Position numbers and translations under genes: made by a program
Part shown: one piece after another, positions 55,675 through 64,000 of the stretch
How positions within the stretch are numbered: position 1 is the stretch's first letter
Layout: each line of letters opens with the position of its first letter
Notes under the pieces: model-generated
Databases searched by the model: none
What the model was told of the DNA's origin: nothing
The model's input: the letters and a program-made list of their open reading frames with translations, nothing else
Source: Chrysomallon squamiferum
Lineage: Eukaryota; Animalia; Mollusca
Length of the DNA: 64,000 bases
Assembly (NCBI GenBank): GCA_012295275.1
Contig: CM022667.1
Location: 14,570,001 to 14,634,000, forward strand
Reading direction: 5' to 3'

Positions 55675-56576
55675 TTTCATAAATCTTAATTATTTCCACC
55701 GAACAAAACAAACAGGTAATTTTTCTCCTAATTTAACATATTACATGAGTCAAAATACGATGCGAGATAAAAATGTGTAAAATTAAACTGTGGCAATTAC
55801 GTGGAAAATTCCCGTGAACTCGTTATTATAATAAAAAAATCAAAAAAAAATCAGTTCCTTTAACCCTTTTCAAACACTGGTTTGATTCTTCTCTTCCTCT
55901 TTCTTTTCTTTCGTTTTTATTTTCTTCCTTTTCCCGTTTCTTTCGTGTATCTCAATTTTATCCCCCCCCCTTTTCATTTTTTTCTTTGATAACGGACTTG
56001 TAAGAAAGACATTTGTCAAGCCAATGAAAGCGATATTAAAGACAACTACTGGAAAACACATAAAAACACATCCATCATCGCAATGAGAAAATTATGAAGG
56101 ATGATTCCAAGTATGCCGGAACATACTGACCTGCGATATTTTCTGAATTATTCTATTTAGGCTTCTCTCTTTTGTCTCTTCAGTACTTCCAGTGTTTTCT
56201 TTAAATATATATTGTTTTTCTTTTTATAAATATAACTGTCTGTCTTGGGGTCTGTCTGTAATTCTATCTTCGTAATTTTTCCTTTTTTTCTCTTTTCAAT
56301 CTTTTTATCTTTCTTTATTTTTAGTTTTGTATACTTTGATTTTTTCTGACCTGTCTGTTTCTCTCCGTCTATCGATCTCTATCAGCGATCGGTGAATGTA
56401 TCTTTCTTTGTCTTTCGTTCAATCATTTTTTGAAACCTCTGCTTTAGTTTTGCAGCTGAATTTTTATTAAAATGTGATATATTCAGAAATTTGAGTGCAG
56501 TAGAATACAAGAAATGCTTCCACATGTCTGTCTGTCTGTCAGTCTATCTCCCTCTTTTTTTTCGTTTTTTTTTTTT

Positions 56577-56662
<86 letters not shown>

Positions 56663-56767
56663 CCTCCCTCCCTCCCTCTCCTCTCTGCAATAGGATCATT
56701 TCTTTTCACTTTTCATGACTTATATGAAAGAATATAGTTTCGCTAGGCTTTTTTTTTTTTTTTTTTT

Positions 56768-56943
56768 CGATGACGCATATCAAATATTCCTTTCACCTGA
56801 CTGAACCAAAGTAGCCCATATCTTTACAGCAGCGGATTTCCTTTGTCATAACCAGTTAACCAGCTTTGTGTACTGTGTCGTAGAACCGTAAATTAAAAAC
56901 CTGTTGAATGCGTCGTTAAAACAAAATAAATCTTACTTCCTTC
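56768..56943 (+). mobile_element. Degenerate SINE, central domain plus 3' tail (MetaSINE-like)
   Basis: GCATATCAAA..TCC, AGTAGCCCAT and GCAGCGGATTTCCT resemble my recollection of the central domain of molluscan MetaSINE-type SINEs. The tail TTAACCA..TTTGTGT..GTCGTA..AACCGTA..TGTTGAATGCGTCGTTAAA is visibly similar to 58365-58434. Confidence 0.55.
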
Positions 56944-56993
56944 TTCTCTAAATCTTTCGAAATTTTACTAAATAACACATGACATGAACAGTA

Positions 56994-57038
<45 letters not shown>

Positions 57039-57756
57039 GTATATATATATACATATATATTGACATAAGTCGATCAGACACTTAACGCGAAACTGGATAT
57101 CAGCTGTTTAAAACAAATAACAGTCTCTCTAACGATTAGCATGCGAGATAAACGTCTGCTGTTTCGATGATGCAGTGGACATTACCGATTAAAATAAAGA
57201 ACTTGTGAATCTGCTGTTATCGTAAACACAACGTCTGAGGATTAAACACTTTTCTGTGGGATTGATAACACTGGGGAGGGATTTAACACAGCACGAAGAA
57301 ATCTCAAACAGACAGATACTGCTTTCCAAACATCGGAGTCTGAGTTCATCGACCTTAAACGAAAATGGAGCAGGATTTAAGGAAACAGTTGAGATAATTT
57401 TTGTTTTGGTTGGATTCGATTGAAAATTAAAGAATATATATAAATAAATAAATAAATAAATAAAAATAAAATAAAATAAAATAAATTACAACAAAAACAT
57501 CCCTCACGATAATAACAACAATACTACTACTACTACCATTATTACTACTACTACATCTACAAACCAGTACTACAACTATTACCATTACCACCATCATCAC
57601 CACCATCACCACCACCACGACTTTTATAACTACTACTACTACTGCTACTACTACTACTAGTACTACTATTACTAATAAAAATAATGAAAACAACCAATAT
57701 ATTTAACTCAGTCATACAGATTGTTGTTGTTTCTGTTCTTGCTGCTGCTGCTGCTG

Positions 57757-57813
<57 letters not shown>

Positions 57814-58187
57814 TACTACTATTTCTATCTCAACAATTAACTTCAAGACCATCATTGTCAATATGTCTACGGTTATTACAACTGCAGTAAGGACTAATTC
57901 AAATACAACCGCATTAACGAACATTACCATCATCATTACCTGCGTCATTATCAGCACCAACTACATCAACGACAGTGAAAGCAATACCGTGCCAATCGTA
58001 TCACTGTCATAAACTGTATAACTGTAGTCATATTATATTAGCAGCAACAAATACTGCTAATAGTGATTTGCCTGAACCATAAAGAGAGACAATAACCTAT
58101 GCACGTACTGGTACAGTTAACACAAACGAGAACAAAACTGCATGGTGATCACAATGAATGTAGATTTCAGACGTCAGTTTCAAAGAA

Positions 58188-58434
58188 GGACCGTGGCCCT
58201 GTGATTAAGGTGAAGTTCAAGGTTTGAAGGACAGCAGGATCGATCCTTTGTTGTGCACAGCTTGACTATTTTCACGTTGCAGTTTCTGGGAATCTTCATA
58301 TAAAACACCACTACTTTAGGTTAATCAAAAACTGATTAGATTTTCGCTCAAAATGTTTATGTCATTAACCATTTGTGTGACGTCGTAATTTTATAACCGT
58401 ATACTATAAATTGTCGAGTGTTTTGTTAAATAAA
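58188..58434 (+). mobile_element. Degenerate near-full-length tRNA-derived SINE
   Basis: A-box-like GTGGCCCTGTGATTAAGG (58193-58210), B-box-like GGATCGATCC (58237-58246) at tRNA spacing, CATATAAAA body motif, and a 3' tail homologous to 56856-56925. Confidence 0.6.
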
Positions 58435-58462
58435 TTCTGGTGTTTTTAATTTTATTTATTTT

Positions 58463-58505
<43 letters not shown>

Positions 58506-60237
58506 TTGCTATGGTTACTGTTGTTGTTGGTTTTTGGTTGGACTTTTTCTTCTGGTTCTTTCTTTCTTTCACTGTTGTTGTTGTTGTTCTACTTCTTCTT
58601 CTTCTTCTTATAATTATTTTTCCACAGTTGAGGATTTGGACAAGGTAAATATCAAAACACAAAGTTATCGGTAAAAAGGACAAACCTCGCATTCTGTTTT
58701 ATTAACACGTGTTTAATATTTAACGATATTCAATAGAATCGTGTTTGCGGTTGCACTTAAGGATCGTTTGAAATGTTCTGTTACCTGTGGGAAAATTACA
58801 TACTAAATTACCTGTATTTACCTCTGTTATGTTTTGTTCGTCTGAATGCTCATAGCTTAGTCCATCGTCGAAACAGCTGGACAAACAGAGCGAATGAGCT
58901 GAATGTACAGAAAGGTGTAAAAATATGTAGAACAGAAATAACAGTAACTAAAAATATAGAAGAGGGCAAGAAAAAAACGTAAGTCTGAAATATTATATAT
59001 ATTATAACAATAATGATGATGATGATAAATGTTGATCATTATAATGATGATGATAATTATGATAATGATGATGATTATGATGATGATAATGCTGATGACA
59101 GTCATGATTATAATGATGATGACGACGATGATTTAGGATAAAATAAAAAAAGATTAATTAATATATAATAACTGTCTGTACAATTATGCAGAATAAATAC
59201 ATTTACATTTCATTATTTATTTATTGGATATCGACTTAATATTATCATCTTAGCGTCAAGGACAGAAAAACATGAAAGCTCCTAAAATTTAAATATTTTT
59301 TATATTCAGTGCATTGTTGCTGTTGTTTCTTCTTCATCTTCTTCTTACAGTAATTATTAATGATATTCTTGTTATTGTTATTATTATAATTAGTACCATC
59401 ATCGTCATTGTCATCATTGTTATTGTTATTATTGCTGTTGTTGTTTTTGTTTCTGTTGCTACTGTTTCGGTTCCTGTAGTTTTTGTTGTGCTTCTATTCA
59501 TTGTCGTCATCATGATAATCATTATCAACCATACAGTTTTAAAATATCGGTCACTTATCGAACGTTCATAAAGAAAACAGTTTTTATGAAACTTTTTTCA
59601 CAGTTCCAGTAACAAACGACGTCAAACGAAACAACATTACTGAAAAAAAAAATCGTCTTTTCACATAACTGGTTTAAAATAATAGTTGATATTCACTGCA
59701 CTCAAAACTTTAGCATCTGAAACGTTTTTGATATTGGCTCACGGAAAAACCACAATTTCTTTATATTATTTTTTGTTTCTGTTCTTAGCCAGAGCACTTT
59801 GAAGTGTTGGCTTTAACAAGATTGATGGTTTTCAGATCACTGGGGTGTTTTTTTTTTGAAAAGATAGCAAAGCGTCGTATAACATAAACATTTCTGAAAG
59901 AAAAAGGTTTGGATGAAATATTTAATAATTCGCTTTCTCAACTGTTAAAATATTTAAATATTCAAAAAAAAAAAAAAAAAAAATAATAATAATAATAATA
60001 ATAATACTGTGTAAGGATGGGACTGTTTCGAAGAATATAAAACGGGCAAATGATAAAAGTAATGATATAAATAAATAAATAAATAAATAAATAAATAGTC
60101 GACAAATGATGAACTGCCATTCGTTCAAATCTCGTCAGTAGCATATAACGTGAGTAGATCATAACTGGATTTCATATTCCTGTGCCACTACATTCCGAAT
60201 ATTGTTTATGCAGATAAGAAAACGAACTGTTAATTCC

Positions 60238-60558
<321 letters not shown>

Positions 60559-62191
60559 GACTCAGGATTTATTATTATTAAGGAGGCATACGTTCAAGTT
60601 TCGTCAATGGCTCTCTGGAATTGAGTTACTCCATGCAGTGCAATGAAGCGAGCAAAGTGACAAGAAAGATTAATTTGTTTCTAAATACGTACTTGTGTAA
60701 TATCGATCATATATCAATAGATCTAATGTTTTCTTCCTCTTTGTATCTGAAATCTTTTATTTTTGTCTGGTAAGCGAACGAAAAAATCAGAATGGACATG
60801 TAGACTGATTCATATTTTTGAATTACAGTCTCGACTTAGTGGGTGTTTTGTTTCAGTTTCTTCTCTCTTTTTTTTTTGTTCATTTGTTTTGTCTCCTTTT
60901 TTTTTGTCTTTTTTTTTTCAATCTGTTTTATTTATTCTAATTTTTAGTTTTATGTTAAATGAATGTAAATCAGAACAGTTTCATGTGTGTACGTGTGTGT
61001 ATGTGTACGCGTGTGTGTGTGTACTATTTTCAGTTTCTTTTTAAAATAAAGATTTCCTCTTCTTCGTCTTCTTTTTTTTTCTTAGTCTTACATTTCCACA
61101 TGAGTTTAGAGTTATCCGTGTTTTTATTGTACTTTTGTTATCATATGTCAATTATGCTTTTTCTTCTTTTTAAAGAATAATATTTCAAAATATATTGATT
61201 CAGTACACTAAACAAAAAATTTTCCTTTTTATCATTACGATCATTACTTTTTTATTTAGTATTTTTTCACCATATCACCATACAATCCAGCATACATAAC
61301 TTTTTTGTTTTTTTAAGGACTCGCCTTCTTCTTCTTTTTTCTTGCTCTTCTTCTTTATGATCTTCTTTCTGTTTTTCTTCTGTTAAGTGGGAAAAAAAGC
61401 CAGAGACTTATTTACTACTATTCTCACATTTCCACCATGCTATATAACATTTTCCATTAAAACGCTATCATTACTGTGTTGGTGATGCGCACCAGCTTCG
61501 TGGTGCCTGCTTCTAATTGTTTCGGACTGACTGGCTGCCAGGTCGGCTCTAGTCATTGATTTGGCTGTCAGAAAGGCGAAATAACACATGAAAAATAGGT
61601 GTGATTATGGAAACCCCTCTCTAATCGCACGGAAAATGATTATCAGTGTATCAAACTTTGATAATGGGTTTCTCTCGGAAACTATTCCAACTGCAGTGCC
61701 AGAAATGTAAACTGATTTCGGCCATATTTGTTTTAATACGATTTTTTGATTTTTTTTTTTTTTTTTTTAAAAAGAAGAAAAATTTTCGTCTTGTTTTCGC
61801 TGTCGTCGCAGTGAATCGATCATAGTGTCAGATATACGTAAAGTCCCATTGGGAATAGCCGCCCATTCGTATGTTCTGTTCATCATTTTGATGTAAAGCT
61901 GTAATAATTTAGTTTCGTACATCTTTATATTCGTAACAGAGTTAGACGTAGTGTTTTGGGATTAAATTCTGTTTTGATTTATTCACTGATATATGTGTAT
62001 ATATATATATATAGCAATATAAATATGATCTTTCTCATTCATATGATGTCTGTGTAAGATAAATAAATAAATAAATAAGTAAAAAGTAAATTTAAAAAAT
62101 AAGAACAACTACAGTAATGATGATGATGATTACAATATTAATAACAAAAATAAAAATGAAGATGACGACGACTACGACGATTATGATGACG

Positions 62192-62249
<58 letters not shown>

Positions 62250-62739
62250 TAGCAAGTAATAACCGATATAACACTGCAGACGAAATCGATGATATACTTT
62301 GAACAGTTCATTAGCCTTACTTACAGCAAAGATTTCTTAATGTAATAAATTCCTGGACACATACTAAAATATCTGATATATAAAACCACTGCAATAATCG
62401 TTAACGTACGAAGTGATCGGATATTCAGAACTGTCGTCAAGTTTATCTTGCAGACAGAATATTAATATTGCATCATATGTCTAATTATTACTGACAACTG
62501 GGTCTGATTTCAGAGAAAGATATTGCTAGGCTTTGTTTACTCAAAGATCTGACAGAGATAATGAAGTCAGGTGTTTGCTGATTAATATTACAGACAGAAG
62601 AAATCAGAGAAAATCAGAGACAGTTAATGGAAACTGATGGCAGTGGTGTCTGATATTAATTAAATTTTTACTCTCTTTGTGTTTCTCCAAATACACATTA
62701 CACGTGAGCTGACTTTCAAGTTTTTTCTCTCTCTTTCTT

Positions 62740-62884
62740 TATATATCCACACACCCACACATACACACACACACACACACATATACACACGCATATATAT
62801 ATATCCTCTCTCTCTCCTTCTGTCTATCTAACTATCTATTAGTATATATATATGTATATGTGTATGTATGTGTGTATATATCTA

Positions 62885-62945
<61 letters not shown>

Positions 62946-63034
62946 GTATGTATATATATATATATGTATGTATATATATATGTATGTATGCATATGTATA
63001 TATATATGTCTGTGTGTGTATATATGCATATCTA

Positions 63035-63077
<43 letters not shown>

Positions 63078-63116
63078 ATATATCTATCTATATATATATA
63101 TATATATATATATATC
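62740..63116. repeat. Compound (CA)n/(TA)n/(TATG)n/(TATC)n microsatellite
   Basis: Directly visible. Confidence 0.95.
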
Positions 63117-64000
63117 CTTCTCTCTTTCTGTCTCTCGTTCTCTCACTTTATCTACTTGTATGGCAGTATTTCTTACTCAGCTACGGTAATGAATTAATAA
63201 AAATCCTTTATTTCAGATGAACCTCGTTGATACGACTAAATTACCACCAGATTTATTTACAGATAAATGTGTGTGATAAAAGACTTCGTATTGACCCGGC
63301 AGCCGTTACTAACAATTCAATAGAAAAGTTTTCGTTCACAGGCGAAACTCTGCGACTAGCGGATTTATTACTAAATCAACAAACACAGTCATGAATCTAT
63401 TTACATATTTAAATATTAAACCCGCTGTATAGGCTTAAATCTCTGTCACATATTTGGATGTTAAACAGTTATATACATTTACCGTTATAACGGACGTGAA
63501 TATGTTGGATGTATTTACATATCCCCAAAAATATATATATTTGCACTAACTGTTAAACAGGCGAAAATCTAGTAAACGATTAAATGCGTTGGTAATAATA
63601 GTAAATTTATTTACATTTTTAAAAAAATCTTTATGCATAGTTTTTAGTCTTTTACCAATACTGTTTGGAACTTGTATTTACCTTCTAATTAACGGGCTCG
63701 CTGCAGTTAATGGAAGTTTATTTATTTTCTGAGTCTCTCTGACAGGTAATGTACTTATTTGTATTAATTCGCCTGCTTAATTCGTAGGTACAGGAAAGGC
63801 TTTGCAATACAGGCGTTTAATTACCGTTACAAAAATCTTTAAATTCGTTGGCTGGTTTACTATTACTGAAGAAAATATTTATTATTCCTTGAAATTAGAT
63901 GATTTTTTATAAGCAGATAAAATTATACACCGATTCATTTTATTCGGTTTTTTGTTGTTTATGTGATTATTTATTTATTTATATATTGTTACTTTTGTTG

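Noticed and set aside
58188-58260. Functional tRNA gene
   Set aside because: Only decayed A/B boxes; acceptor and anticodon stems do not pair; it continues into a SINE body.
60004-60025. miR-8/200-like TAATACTGTGTAAGGATG
   Set aside because: The seed arises from the end of an (AAT)n run, and there is no complementary 5' arm.

Overview
AT-rich, microsatellite-dense eukaryotic non-coding DNA, probably intergenic or from large introns of an invertebrate. A mollusc (gastropod) is my tentative inference, from degenerate tRNA-derived SINE remnants that resemble, from memory, MetaSINE-type elements. I cannot support any protein-coding gene: the long ORFs in the track are translations of simple repeats, and the rest are short and unrecognisable. 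I found no rRNA, intact tRNA, known miRNA, CRISPR array or autonomous transposon ORF. What the sequence does show is: (i) dozens of micro- and minisatellites, including a 13 x 18-bp and a 3 x 29-bp VNTR; (ii) several old local and dispersed duplications; (iii) SINE and MITE-like remnants; (iv) CpG-rich unique islands with clustered transcription-factor-like motifs. Promoter or first-exon-like islands at about 19.7 kb (-), 23.0 kb (-), 24.3 kb and 28.3-28.6 kb (+) suggest divergently transcribed genes whose coding exons are outside the window or undetectable by eye. The most interesting signals are a duplicated fixed-spacing bipartite element (TGTTACGGAC-N6-ATTGGTCAGT), a triplicated CTAATTTCATTTRCA motif and a dense ACGTTAC cluster. 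None amounts to evidence for a new biological system without further data.
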